From a virus (taxonomy: Duplodnaviria > Caudoviricetes): a stretch of 64,000 nt of DNA. Of the stretch, positions 33,113 to 45,142 are shown piece by piece. The stretch lies in the IMG/VR virus record IMGVR_UViG_3300033757_000347. One strand, written 5' to 3'. The notes beneath the pieces are model-generated. The model saw only the letters and a list, made by a program, of their open reading frames with translations. It was not told where the DNA came from and did no database searches. The position numbers and the translations under genes are program-made. How positions within the stretch are numbered: the stretch's first letter is position 1; each line of letters begins with the position of its first letter.

Positions 33113-33273
33113 TTGGGCCAAGCACCCGTCTCAAACCGTGCTGACAAGGGATGCCTCTTCGGAGCAGTCATTCACCTGAAGTGCGTACGCAAGCTAAGCT
33201 GGGAACAAACGAAGCATGCCGTAACCCAAGGGAATTCGGATGAGCCAAGGAAACTAGTACTCTCCTTGGCTCA
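33113..33273 (+). ncRNA. possible structured RNA / leader
   Basis: TTGGG/CCCAA, AGCAC/GTGCT, CTC-TTCG-GAG, TGAGCCAAGG/CCTTGGCTCA after promoter-like TAGTATAAT. Confidence 0.35.
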
Positions 33274-33458
33274 GAACTTCGTCTAACAAAACCACTTATT
33301 ATGATAGTAGAAGTAACAAAAGAACACGACGGAATTCCAGAAGGTTCACGAATGAAGGTGGATAAGGAGCTTAAGCACTCTTACAAAGGGGTGTGGTCTA
33401 GCATGGCGGGATCCTACACGGTGAAATTCAAAAAGAAATACTCCAAAATCGTAGAAAA

Positions 33459-33686
33459 ATGAGCGCTTTGGGTTACCTATTAGGAACAGCGTACATGTTT
33501 GTGGACATGGTCGGCGAGATGGAAGAAAAAAGCAAGCAAAGGTGCAATGACCTGATCGATCAGTACGCGAATTTACGAAACCTTCCTCGTAAAAAGAAGA
33601 AGAAAGAGAAGAAACGTATCCTTCTAGAGTACTCAATCTTCAGCTACAACCCGTTGACCGGAAAGACCTATGATTGGGCAAAATAA
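33459..33686 (+). CDS. hypothetical protein
   Basis: LPRKKKKK motif ORF. Confidence 0.6.
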   Translation: MSALGYLLGTAYMFVDMVGEMEEKSKQRCNDLIDQYANLRNLPRKKKKKEKKRILLEYSIFSYNPLTGKTYDWAK

Positions 33687-33714
33687 TTGATCTAACACCA
33701 TAAAATCACTAAAA

Positions 33715-34329
33715 ATGTTCAAATCGTTAAAGATTTGGTGGGCAAAGCGCACAAACCGCTTGGCCAAAGCGGCTAACAAACAGAATGTTGCGCAAAGGGA
33801 AATCGTTCAGAAAGAGTTAGCAGAACTTATCGGAAAAGCTAAGGTCGAGGAATCTGAACAGGACCAATCGAACCGAGAGTACGTCAACCGCTACAACTCT
33901 CGGTGTCCTAAGTGCGGAGCAAGCGGGCAGTTAGACGTGGTTGATAAGATTCGTCAGGTTCAAGGAGACGGTGAAGTCAGCGGAAGCTTTTCTCTGGGTT
34001 TCGGAAGCGTGTACGGCAGCATGGAAATTGACACCAACGAAGTCAATCACTGCAACAAGTGCGGAAACGAGTGGAAGAAGGAAAAAAGACGTTATACATC
34101 TCACAAAAAAGTGATTGCTGAGTGGCTGAACGAATTAGAAACTCACCTCGAAGGAAAGTACACGTACGCTAAGCGCACGGTCGACAAACTCCAAAAATTT
34201 CACGCTGAATCAATATTTGCACTGTTCGGCGAAGCGGACGATGACAAGCTTTACTACAACGCAAAAAGCACGGTGACCTTATCCGCATTACGAACCCTGT
34301 TCAAATCCGTGTTCGATGAAAATAACTAG
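33715..34329 (+). CDS. hypothetical Zn-ribbon protein
   Basis: CPKCG...CNKCG. Confidence 0.7.
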   Translation: MFKSLKIWWAKRTNRLAKAANKQNVAQREIVQKELAELIGKAKVEESEQDQSNREYVNRYNSRCPKCGASGQLDVVDKIRQVQGDGEVSGSFSLGFGSVYGSMEIDTNEVNHCNKCGNEWKKEKRRYTSHKKVIAEWLNELETHLEGKYTYAKRTVDKLQKFHAESIFALFGEADDDKLYYNAKSTVTLSALRTLFKSVFDENN

Positions 34330-34645
34330 CAGAAAGTACCTTTGGGAAATCTTGGTGCCGTATCACGACAATAACGGCAACAAGTTCGACCTTGCGTACC
34401 ACCGCCAGTGGGACGATAAAGTTAGGTCGATCGCTGGGGGATTGACCGTATTCAAAACCTCAAAAGGTCAGTGGGTTAGCGAGGATAATGAGCAGTTTAA
34501 CGATCGCATGATTCCTGTGCGAATTTACTGCAGCGAATCGCAGATCGACGAGATCATAGAATTCACTCTGGAACACTACGATCAGAAAGCTGTACTGTGT
34601 TACACTATCAGCGATTTTGTTAAGCTAGTTTCTCGGCAAAACTAA
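34316..34645 (+). CDS. hypothetical protein
   Basis: WEILVP...GGLT...GQW...MIPVRI. Confidence 0.7.
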   Translation: MKITSRKYLWEILVPYHDNNGNKFDLAYHRQWDDKVRSIAGGLTVFKTSKGQWVSEDNEQFNDRMIPVRIYCSESQIDEIIEFTLEHYDQKAVLCYTISDFVKLVSRQN

Positions 34646-34672
34646 TTTTTCAACTGTCGTATAAATACTATT

Positions 34673-35691
34673 GGAACATAGAGCCTCGCTCTGTGAGTCT
34701 CGGGTCCAAGGGCCCTTGAGCGATCGATCGAACGGTCGCGATGAGATTTGCAAAAATAACACAGCTAACTATGTACCTAAATCAATCAAGCTCGTACTAT
34801 TCGAGCGGAGTATACTATTACTCAACATCAAACCCAACCCCAACGGCTCACGTTACAGTGAACCGAAATCGTCTGAAGCTTTACGGAGAAAACGTCTACA
34901 TGAAGGACGGAACGACCTTCGAGATTGAGCTTTGGAATCCAAGATCAAACCGAGTTCTTGCAAAAATTTCCATCAACGGAGTTTCCGTGTCAGGTGGAGG
35001 TATCGTCGTGAATCCCGGCCAGAGAGTCTACCTTGAAAGGTTTTTAGAAGAGGACCGCAAGTTCAAATTCACCACCTACGAGGCGGAAAATTCAGCTGAA
35101 GGAAGAGCTGCTATCGCGAAAAACGGGCTGGTAACAGTCGAGTTCTACGACGAGATCTTCCAACAGAAGAACTGGTTCTGCGGAAACGGTTCCATTACCA
35201 TCAATGGACCTACCATTTATGGAGGAACTAGCGGAAACCCAACGTTCAATCCTACCTTCACGACTAACCAGCGTTACTTTAACAGCACGCCGACCAGCGG
35301 AGCTGTGGACAGCGTTGGAATGTCATCTAACGTTAACTATTCGGCCAACATGAACATGATGGATTGCTGCAAAGACAGCTTTTCCGACAGAGTACCGCTC
35401 GGCCGAAAATTGTCAAAGTCCTCTATGAACATAGAGACTGGCCGGATCGAAAAAGGCGAACGCTCAAACCAGAAGCTAGTTGATACCTACGGGGATTTCA
35501 GCTTCTACGCTTGCGCTTACTACACAGTGAAGATCCTTCCGGAAAGCCAAAAACCCGCAGAGATCGGAGAGATCCGTTCGTACTGCACAGGTTGCGGCCG
35601 CAGGTGGAGATCCGGTGAAAACTTCTGCCCAACGTGCGGAACTGCTAGAAACAATTAACAATTTGTGCAAGAGCGAGGCTCAAATTGTTCC
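34673..35691 (+). repeat. long-range inverted repeat enclosing one gene
   Basis: GGAACA-TA-GAGCCTCGCTCT (34673-34692) vs AGAGCGAGGCTC-AAAT-TGTTCC (35670-35691). Confidence 0.75.
34771..35658 (+). CDS. hypothetical protein with C-terminal zinc ribbon
   Basis: FEIELWNP...VYLERF; CTGCG...FCPTCG. Confidence 0.75.
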   Translation: MYLNQSSSYYSSGVYYYSTSNPTPTAHVTVNRNRLKLYGENVYMKDGTTFEIELWNPRSNRVLAKISINGVSVSGGGIVVNPGQRVYLERFLEEDRKFKFTTYEAENSAEGRAAIAKNGLVTVEFYDEIFQQKNWFCGNGSITINGPTIYGGTSGNPTFNPTFTTNQRYFNSTPTSGAVDSVGMSSNVNYSANMNMMDCCKDSFSDRVPLGRKLSKSSMNIETGRIEKGERSNQKLVDTYGDFSFYACAYYTVKILPESQKPAEIGEIRSYCTGCGRRWRSGENFCPTCGTARNN

Positions 35692-35729
35692 TCTTTCCGT
35701 ATAAATAAACTCAAAATTGCATAACCAAC

Positions 35730-36008
35730 ATGGCAGAAATGAGTTTAACTAGCAGCGGAGCTAAAAAGGTTTTAAGTTTCGAAGAATTCACAGCTGCTCA
35801 GGACGGCGGAATGTCAGTTCCAAGCTTCGGAGAACAGCCAGAACTTCCAACCGAGCCTATTGCTGCTGAACCGGAAACTCCGGAAATGACTGATGAAGTC
35901 CCAACAACCGAGCCTGAACAGGACGAGGTTACCTTGCTTGATGGTCCGGAAGACGGGTCCGAAGAGCCTGCTCCGTCGGGAGAAGAAACCGAAGAGCCAA
36001 CCGCTTAA
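35730..36008 (+). CDS. acidic late protein
   Basis: KVLSFEEF motif, Glu/Pro rich, late promoter at 35700. Confidence 0.7.
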   Translation: MAEMSLTSSGAKKVLSFEEFTAAQDGGMSVPSFGEQPELPTEPIAAEPETPEMTDEVPTTEPEQDEVTLLDGPEDGSEEPAPSGEETEEPTA

Positions 36009-36045
36009 CAAACTACACTTTACTAAAAAAAACTTCGTACACGAA

Positions 36046-36441
36046 ATGGCAGGTTCTCGTGGCACTAACGATTCGGTAGATAACATGATGAATGACATTC
36101 TAACAGCTTTAGAAATCATCAAGAAGCAATTACCGAACGGCGAACTAAAAGCAATTCAGGAGAGAATAGAAAGGATAGATCAGTCTCAGGAAGACATGAA
36201 GGAGGACCTTCGTGCAATAAAGAGACAGTTGCTGGATCCAGAAGATGGGATAATCGTTAGGGTCAACAAGAACACAGAATTCAGAAAGAAGCAGGAATCG
36301 GAGGAAAAGGACTTCGATAAGTTTATGGAGGAACACAAGGACATGATGTCGTTTAAAGACACTGTCACAAAGATCCTCTGGATAGTCTTCACTGCAATCG
36401 CTGGAATAATACTGGCAATGATATTCGGAGTGACAAAGTAA
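36046..36441 (+). CDS. coiled-coil protein with C-terminal TM (holin/hemolysin-like?)
   Basis: Heptad pattern and C-terminal hydrophobic helix. Confidence 0.6.
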   Translation: MAGSRGTNDSVDNMMNDILTALEIIKKQLPNGELKAIQERIERIDQSQEDMKEDLRAIKRQLLDPEDGIIVRVNKNTEFRKKQESEEKDFDKFMEEHKDMMSFKDTVTKILWIVFTAIAGIILAMIFGVTK

Positions 36442-37030
36442 CACCATGAAAAGGATCGTCGAAAATTTTGAGCAGTTCTTGCAGCAAGCGAGCATATCCC
36501 AGACTGGCGATCCTAACATCTTTGGGTTGAACCCAAAGAAAAAGGGCTCAAAAGTTAAGAAAAGTAAGCCCAAATTAAAATCCAAACAACAGCCTGAGTA
36601 GTATAATATCGTTAGCAAAAAAGACTAGCGAAATTATATGCAAACAACCTTCGCCGAACCAGGCATAATCATCACCATCCAAGAAGAAAAGGGTTCCAAT
36701 TATTACGATGAAGAGTTAGCAAAAGCTCTTGTCGAAATATGGAGAGCTCGTCACAGTTGGACTCCCGAACAGAGGGAGAGAATCATCGCTATCACAAAAG
36801 AATCGTACATCGACCATGGCAAATAACGAGATGTTTTACCGGGAAGAAGACGTGTACAAAGAGTGCTTAACCTGGCATGCTCTTCAATGGATGAAAGATT
36901 ACGGTCACCTTAACAGCGTTTGGTACTTAGAAAACAACGCTGGGCCGGTCCTCGGCTACTTCATCAACAAGTACGGGATCAGCAAGGTACTCGAAGAGCT
37001 CGATCGAAAAATACAGGAACTAGTAAAGTG

Positions 37031-37435
37031 ATGAAAGCTCTATTTCAAGCACGAAAGATACAAGTAAAGGAGAGTCCTGTCCACGGTTGGGGAGTCTTCG
37101 CGACAGAAGACATAGAGAACAACGAACTCATAGAAGAGTGCGCTTTCGTCGAACTGCCAATAGCGTACGGAGAATCGTCTTCTCTTCTTATCGATTACCG
37201 GTTCAACTACCCGGCTGGCCCGATGACTCCCGAAACCAAGCAAGTTGCGGTTCTCGGGTACGGCATGCTGTACAATCACAGATCTCCAAACAATGCATAC
37301 TGGGTAACTGATACTGCATCTCGCAGTTTTAAGTTTTACTCGTGTGCCCCTATTAAAGCCGGAGAGGAAATTTTTCTGTACTACGGCGGAGAAGATTATT
37401 GGAAAGACGGAAGGTCAAACACTAAAGTAAAGTAA
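37031..37435 (+). CDS. SET-domain protein (lysine methyltransferase-like)
   Basis: SPVHGWGVFATEDI, LYNHRSPNNA, IKAGEEIFLYYG. Confidence 0.88.
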   Translation: MKALFQARKIQVKESPVHGWGVFATEDIENNELIEECAFVELPIAYGESSSLLIDYRFNYPAGPMTPETKQVAVLGYGMLYNHRSPNNAYWVTDTASRSFKFYSCAPIKAGEEIFLYYGGEDYWKDGRSNTKVK

Positions 37436-37436
37436 G

Positions 37437-37649
37437 ATGGCAGCAACAAGCAATCACTACGGTGACGTAGCTAAGTGGATCGAAAAAGTTATCGATTCGT
37501 GCAAGACGACCGATCAATTGACGGGAGCATTTGCTCTCATCAATAATTTCGGAACAATGTTTCCGGCTCACTATTCGTCTCTGTTCTTACCTCTTTGGTC
37601 CAGAGCAGACGACCGGTGGAACGAAATAATCGAAGAACGACACAAATGA
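37437..37649 (+). CDS. hypothetical protein
   Basis: WIEKVIDSC. Confidence 0.6.
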   Translation: MAATSNHYGDVAKWIEKVIDSCKTTDQLTGAFALINNFGTMFPAHYSSLFLPLWSRADDRWNEIIEERHK

Positions 37650-38170
37650 AAGTGATATTCGTGGACATAGACGGACCTCTCTCGTACGGAACTTGGGACG
37701 ATGGATCTGTAAAGATAACCGAAGATCTTACGATACCTTACGCTTGGGAAAAGGACCGGTGCGAAGTGTTGGCTGAGATAATCACAGAAACGGGCGCTAA
37801 GGTCATCGTCAGCTCTGATTGGAAGAAACACTTCACGGTAGACCAGCTGAACTCTGTGTTCGAGTATTACGGTATTCCACCCGTTGTTATAGGAGTAACC
37901 GACACGCAGAAAGCTAAGATCAGCTCGTGGTTGGACATGGACAGAGCTTACCAGATAGCAAGGTGGCTTCAACAGAACCGAGAATCGGTGGAAGAGTGGA
38001 TCGCAATAGACGATCTCAACTTGGGAAAATGGTTCGAAGAAATGACGGAAGAGCACCCGTACATAACGAAAAATCACCACGTGTGGATATTCGGCGATTG
38101 GGCAGAAGTAAACACGAGGTTGGCAGACTGTGCCGATAAAATAATCAATCACTTAAATGGAAGAAAGTAA
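37646..38170 (+). CDS. HAD domain protein (Swiss Army knife RNA-repair-like)
   Basis: IFVDIDG, VIVSSDW, IARWL, WIAIDD. Confidence 0.82.
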   Translation: MKVIFVDIDGPLSYGTWDDGSVKITEDLTIPYAWEKDRCEVLAEIITETGAKVIVSSDWKKHFTVDQLNSVFEYYGIPPVVIGVTDTQKAKISSWLDMDRAYQIARWLQQNRESVEEWIAIDDLNLGKWFEEMTEEHPYITKNHHVWIFGDWAEVNTRLADCADKIINHLNGRK

Positions 38171-38359
38171 GAACGAACTGAACATACCTCAGCTCAGCCA
38201 GGAATACGCCAGCGCTATAGTGCAATCGTTAGCGATAGCGCAAAAGAACAAAGCAATATCCGGGCCAGGAGACCTGGAACTTCTCATTGCTGCGGGTTTG
38301 GAAACTGCGCTTGAGGATTTTAAAGAAAAGCTATTGGCTAAACCTAAAATTGAATTGGG

Positions 38360-38737
38360 ATGAAACTGGAAGTATTTAAAGCGATAATACGTGCAATAGA
38401 GGTTCAGGGAGAACGCGGAGTAGAAGCAGCTAAGTTGGGTATCGATCTGGTGGAATACGAAGAAGGCTGGATGATTGCTCTGAACTTAGCTCTCAACGCT
38501 TACTACGGAAAGACCGGCGGAGATTGGATCGACTGGTACCTCTACGAGAGAACGGCTGGCGAAACTCCTCTGCAAGCGTTTGACGAGAAGAACAACCCTA
38601 TATGCTACGACGTTCCTAGCCTTTGGAAGCACGTAGAAGAACTTAGAGTAAGCGAGAATTTCGAAGAGTTTGACCTTCCTCAAAAGTTGACGATAACCGA
38701 TGCTGACATATTTCGGTTGCTGTCCGGCAAACGCTAA
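38360..38737 (+). CDS. hypothetical protein
   Basis: DWIDWYLYE. Confidence 0.65.
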   Translation: MKLEVFKAIIRAIEVQGERGVEAAKLGIDLVEYEEGWMIALNLALNAYYGKTGGDWIDWYLYERTAGETPLQAFDEKNNPICYDVPSLWKHVEELRVSENFEEFDLPQKLTITDADIFRLLSGKR

Positions 38738-38767
38738 TTTTGGTATAGTATCTTAGAACTAAAAGCA

Positions 38768-39220
38768 ATGAAAAATTCAGTAATACGATACTTCAGTTAC
38801 CGAATAAAGCGAATGACCGTGCGAACTCGTCAGAAACGAAAAGAGTCTGAGAGAAAGCACGCTCTTGGTCTTCTTAGCTCTGAACAGAAGGACGTTTTTG
38901 ATCTGGTTGTCATGACCGTAAAGAAACACCCGGAGAAGATTCTTTACGATAAGGTCACCGGAGAAGTTCTGATAGTCGAAGAGAATCGACTGTTCACGAT
39001 GTATCACGACAGCAAGGATCACATGGTGTCCATCCACAATCACAGTGGATTTCACTCGCAGTGGTTCATGGAATCTTCGTACAATTACTTGATGGACATC
39101 GTTAACGCCGAAGCTCACAGGTACCGTAGAAAGTTAAAGTACGAAGTTCGAATGAACATCAGAAACTTTCTCAAGGGCATAACCGAAGAAAAGCAAATCG
39201 AAGATGCTGAAGGTAAATAA
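38768..39220 (+). CDS. hypothetical protein
   Basis: ORF in operon. Confidence 0.65.
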   Translation: MKNSVIRYFSYRIKRMTVRTRQKRKESERKHALGLLSSEQKDVFDLVVMTVKKHPEKILYDKVTGEVLIVEENRLFTMYHDSKDHMVSIHNHSGFHSQWFMESSYNYLMDIVNAEAHRYRRKLKYEVRMNIRNFLKGITEEKQIEDAEGK

Positions 39221-39237
39221 AATAAAGGAAACATCAC

Positions 39238-39873
39238 ATGGACGTTGTACTAACAGACACTTTCGCAAAGAGCCTGAAGCGCTTGCGAAATCGCCAAAGG
39301 TGGTTTTGGAAAGCTTGGGATTGCCTGAGGTACGACGTACCTCGCTTTCTTAAGAACCTAAAAACTTACAGCAAGGACCTCTGGAACACTTACCCGTGGG
39401 ACACTCACGGAGCACTAAGGCTTCTTCGCACCAACATCAGAATCACAGCAGATACGATCGAAAAGTACGGTCACGAAGTTGACGAGTCCCGTCTGAAAAA
39501 GATCGAAAAGATGCGTCGTGCTGTCGATATTTTGAACTATCACATTGAGGACGATTTTATTGACTTAGCTGAGGAACAACTCGGAAAAACCGTTTCAGAC
39601 TGGGTAGACTTCGCAAAGGATGACAAGCATCCTGACTGGGTAAAGCTCGTTTCTAAAGCTACTGAGCAGGAAGAAAAGGACAATTCTGCGATCTACGCAT
39701 TGGCTAGAAAGTTGGAAAATGACACGTGGAAGGAACTCTTCGAGATACTACACGGGCAGAACGTTGAGGAATACCGGAAGCTCATGGAAAATTTGACTGA
39801 GGAAGAGAAAAAAAGTGAGGACCATTGGTATAAATGGTTCGACGGCTCTGGTATGAAAGGGTGGTGGGATTAG
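39238..39873 (+). CDS. hypothetical protein
   Basis: Ends in conserved-looking GWWD. Confidence 0.7.
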   Translation: MDVVLTDTFAKSLKRLRNRQRWFWKAWDCLRYDVPRFLKNLKTYSKDLWNTYPWDTHGALRLLRTNIRITADTIEKYGHEVDESRLKKIEKMRRAVDILNYHIEDDFIDLAEEQLGKTVSDWVDFAKDDKHPDWVKLVSKATEQEEKDNSAIYALARKLENDTWKELFEILHGQNVEEYRKLMENLTEEEKKSEDHWYKWFDGSGMKGWWD

Positions 39874-39913
39874 TCGTGAAAGGTTGGTGATAAATAACAT
39901 AAACTATTTTGAA

Positions 39914-40500
39914 ATGGCGTATGTTTATCAACACGTAAGGTTGGACACTAATTCTATTTTTTACATAGGCATTGGTTCTGGTCCTGATTACCGGAGAGCG
40001 TATATGCTGCATAACCGAAATCCCTTATGGAATAATATAGCAAAAAAAGTAGACTATAAAGTTGAAATAATTCACGATAACGTTACTTGGGAAGAAGCAT
40101 GCAAATTGGAAAAAGAATACATCAAAAAATACGGTAAGCTCTCAAACGGCGGGGTCCTTGCTAATTTCACTGATGGTGGAGAAGGTTTCAAAATGAATCA
40201 TTCAAACGATTCAAAAAGAAAAATATCAGCGGCTCTGTTCAATAAAACGTATGAAGAAATCCATGGATCAGAAAATGCTCAATTAGAAAAAGATAAACGA
40301 AGAAATTCTGTAAAAAATGATTGGGCTAAAATGGATCTGATTAAAAAAGAAGATAGACTTAAAAAAATAAGCAATTCATTATCTGCTTATTTTGAAACTC
40401 ATCCTGTTCAATTCAAACAATTAACGTGTCCGCATTGTGGCATCTCAGGAAAAACAAACGGTATGTATAGATGGCACTTTGATAATTGTAGAAACAAAAA

Positions 40501-40504
<4 letters not shown>
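39914..40504 (+). CDS. GIY-YIG-like homing endonuclease
   Basis: YVYQH...FYIGIG...R, LANFTDGGEG, CPHCG...RWHFDNC. Confidence 0.82.
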
Positions 40505-42501
<1,997 letters not shown>

Positions 42502-42580
42502 AAAAGCGCTCGATAGGTACTAATTTTTCACCTTGGCACACTTTTTTGCTGTTAAATAACTAAGCAAAAAGAACGCCAAC

Positions 42581-43317
42581 ATGAGAACACTAGCCTTTTT
42601 AGCAGTACTGTCAGTTATCCTATCGTTCGGCTGCTCGCCGAAAGTTGTGCAGGTCTCAAAAACCCCCACCGAAACGTACGTTGTTCAGGAAGAGCCTCAA
42701 CCAGTCGAGTACGTAGCTCCAACCTACCATTTTTACTTCTACCAGGAGCCAATTCGCTACACTTACTATGGTTACTACTGGTACCAGCCGTACTACTACA
42801 ACTTTTATTATCCTTACTACGATCCATTTTACTACGATTTTTACCGGTACAGTTACGGCTGGTACCCTTACTATCGCTGGGGTGCATGGGATCACCACCA
42901 GCACCACAGTTGGTACAAAGGTGATGGAACAACAACGACTGGTATTACGGCCCTAGAAAATCGCTAGGTTCATCGACCTTGCGAACTGTCAAACCTCAGC
43001 CAAAGATGCAGGAACAGCCTAGGCAGCAACAGAGAGTTCAAGAAAAACCGAAACCTCAGCCGACTTACCAGAAACCTGCAAGAACAGAGCCAACCCGTTA
43101 CTATTCTCCGACTTACAGACAGCCTAGAAACAAAAACGAATACACGAGCCCAGCGTACCGGACTCCGCCTGCCTATTCCAAGCCAGCAGAAAAAAGTCCA
43201 ACTCGCACAAACCCTGTTTACGAAGCACCGAAGTCTCAGCCGAGAAACGTACAGCCTTCTCGCACTCCTACTCGTAATTATTCTCAGCCAACAAAAACAG
43301 CCAGAGGACCCAGGTAA
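42581..43317 (+). CDS. Tyr-rich / Pro-Arg-rich lipoprotein, apparent frameshift near 42925
   Basis: Lipobox FGC; second frame continues WNNNDWYYGPRKSLGSSTLRTVKP into ORF 42979-43317. Confidence 0.6.
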
Positions 43318-43358
43318 ACTGACCAGCCTGTATAAATAATCATAAATAGCTGAGTTTA

Positions 43359-43874
43359 ATGGGAAAGTTCGGAAAGTACCCACTTCCTAAATTTCTTATG
43401 CGTAGGCTAGGACCAGTTGAAGAAACAGCCGGTCCTAACGCGGTTTTAGAAGAACCGACCAGCACAAAGAAATCCGAAGTTAACCTAACTGGTCCAACTG
43501 GTCAGGACAAAATAATTGAAAGAGAAATGTCAACCAAACGCGATCCTAATGTCGATAAAGAAAAAGGTTACGCCTTCGAAAGCTTTTCCGACTTCGAACA
43601 GCACGTCGAAACGGAAGAAGTCAACGAAGATGATATGCTGAAAGAACCGGAAGAAATGGTTCAACCTTGCGAGGGATGCAGCGACCACCCGGACGCTCTG
43701 TCGGAAAAAGCAAAGATTGCGATAAAGAAAATGTGCGACGAAGTCCTGATACAGGAAGCTACTGTTTTCGAAACATCGGATGATCCAAACCAAACTTACG
43801 AATCGTTTCTTCGCGAGTGCACTCACTACATGGCAGAGTGCTTGATAAGAGCAGCTCAGAACTTAAAGGTGTAA
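43359..43874 (+). CDS. hypothetical late protein
   Basis: FESFSDF motif, late promoters upstream. Confidence 0.7.
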   Translation: MGKFGKYPLPKFLMRRLGPVEETAGPNAVLEEPTSTKKSEVNLTGPTGQDKIIEREMSTKRDPNVDKEKGYAFESFSDFEQHVETEEVNEDDMLKEPEEMVQPCEGCSDHPDALSEKAKIAIKKMCDEVLIQEATVFETSDDPNQTYESFLRECTHYMAECLIRAAQNLKV

Positions 43875-43876
43875 CG

Positions 43877-44647
43877 ATGGAACAGAAACAACCTAAGCAG
43901 ATAGGAATACTTGCAGGAAAGTTCAAACCGCCTCACCTCGGTCACTTTGGCGTGATTCAAGGAATAGCTGACATGAACTACGAAACTCACGTGTTCGTAT
44001 CGCCAGTTGAGATGGATGGCGTTACTGGAAATATGGCGGTCGACATTCTGTACGAGTACTTTAAACCCGGAAAAAGAGATCGTCAGGACGTGTTCATTCA
44101 CTTAGCAGACGGTTCGCCGGTCAGAGAAGCTTTTAAGTTCGTTTCTGACCTTGGAGAAAGAGAGGACGCTAGCGATTTCGAAGTTAACGTTTACGCTCTG
44201 CCAGAAGACATGAATCGATTCAAAACGATGGATAAATTCGCTGGCAATTTGGCTGGAGTGAATCGTTACCAAACTGAGAGAACCCAGGAAATTTCTGGAA
44301 CCAAGATGCGAGAAGCTATACGGAACCGGGACAAGGAAACGTTCAAAAAGGGAATCCCTGAGGGAATAGATCCCGAAAAGATATGGAAGATCGTCACGGA
44401 AGAAGCTGGTGGAACTTATGCCATACCGGCTGACTCGTTTGAAACGCCAAACCAGTACGATTTCAACGTTCAACCGTCTCAGATAAGCTTGAACTTGGGA
44501 GGAATTCCAAACCAATGGAACAATTCTCAACCCATTTCGAGATGGGACTTCATGACCAACCCAATAGTTCAAGTTCGTGAAGAACAATCGACTACTAAGC
44601 ACGTGAAATCCTTCACTGAGTACCTAGAAGAACAAAAGGATAAATAA
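43877..44647 (+). CDS. cytidyltransferase-like (HxGH) nucleotidyltransferase
   Basis: GKFKPPHLGH, ISGTKMR. Confidence 0.85.
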   Translation: MEQKQPKQIGILAGKFKPPHLGHFGVIQGIADMNYETHVFVSPVEMDGVTGNMAVDILYEYFKPGKRDRQDVFIHLADGSPVREAFKFVSDLGEREDASDFEVNVYALPEDMNRFKTMDKFAGNLAGVNRYQTERTQEISGTKMREAIRNRDKETFKKGIPEGIDPEKIWKIVTEEAGGTYAIPADSFETPNQYDFNVQPSQISLNLGGIPNQWNNSQPISRWDFMTNPIVQVREEQSTTKHVKSFTEYLEEQKDK

Positions 44648-44666
44648 GAAAAAGTACCGATACGAG

Positions 44667-45128
44667 ATGACAGATAAAATCATGTCCTTCGATCAATTTA
44701 GCAAGAGCGACATTCTGGAGGATCCAAAAACTGCTCTAAAAGGCAATAACGTTGATCCTGGAAAAAAGGAAAAATTCGTTGACCAGGTAAAGAAAGCTGA
44801 CCTAACTCAGCTGGAAACAAACGAACCTGATTACTCTAAAGTAAACGAAGCTGATTCAAACGAGATAGCAAACTTGCAGAGCGTTGTGACGGCCGCCGAA
44901 CGTGAGTTGAACGATTTTAAGGAAAAGTTCTACACGGACCTGGCCGCTAAAGAAAAAGACTTGCAATCCAAGAGAGAAGCTCTCAACCAAGCTATCGCGA
45001 CAGCGGCTTCAACTACTCAGACAACGACAGTTTCTCCGACTGCTCAGCCTGCAACAACGCCGACTGCACAGCAATCGATCGGTGGAGTTACTCCTGGTCA
45101 AGCACCAGCTGCACCAGCGACAGCGTAA
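44667..45128 (+). CDS. hypothetical late protein
   Basis: KIMSFDQF motif, coiled coil. Confidence 0.7.
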   Translation: MTDKIMSFDQFSKSDILEDPKTALKGNNVDPGKKEKFVDQVKKADLTQLETNEPDYSKVNEADSNEIANLQSVVTAAERELNDFKEKFYTDLAAKEKDLQSKREALNQAIATAASTTQTTTVSPTAQPATTPTAQQSIGGVTPGQAPAAPATA

Positions 45129-45142
45129 AAACACCAACGTAA

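Noticed and set aside
34673-35691. Retron a1/a2 inverted repeat
   Set aside because: Enclosed gene is not a reverse transcriptase and none is present in the window
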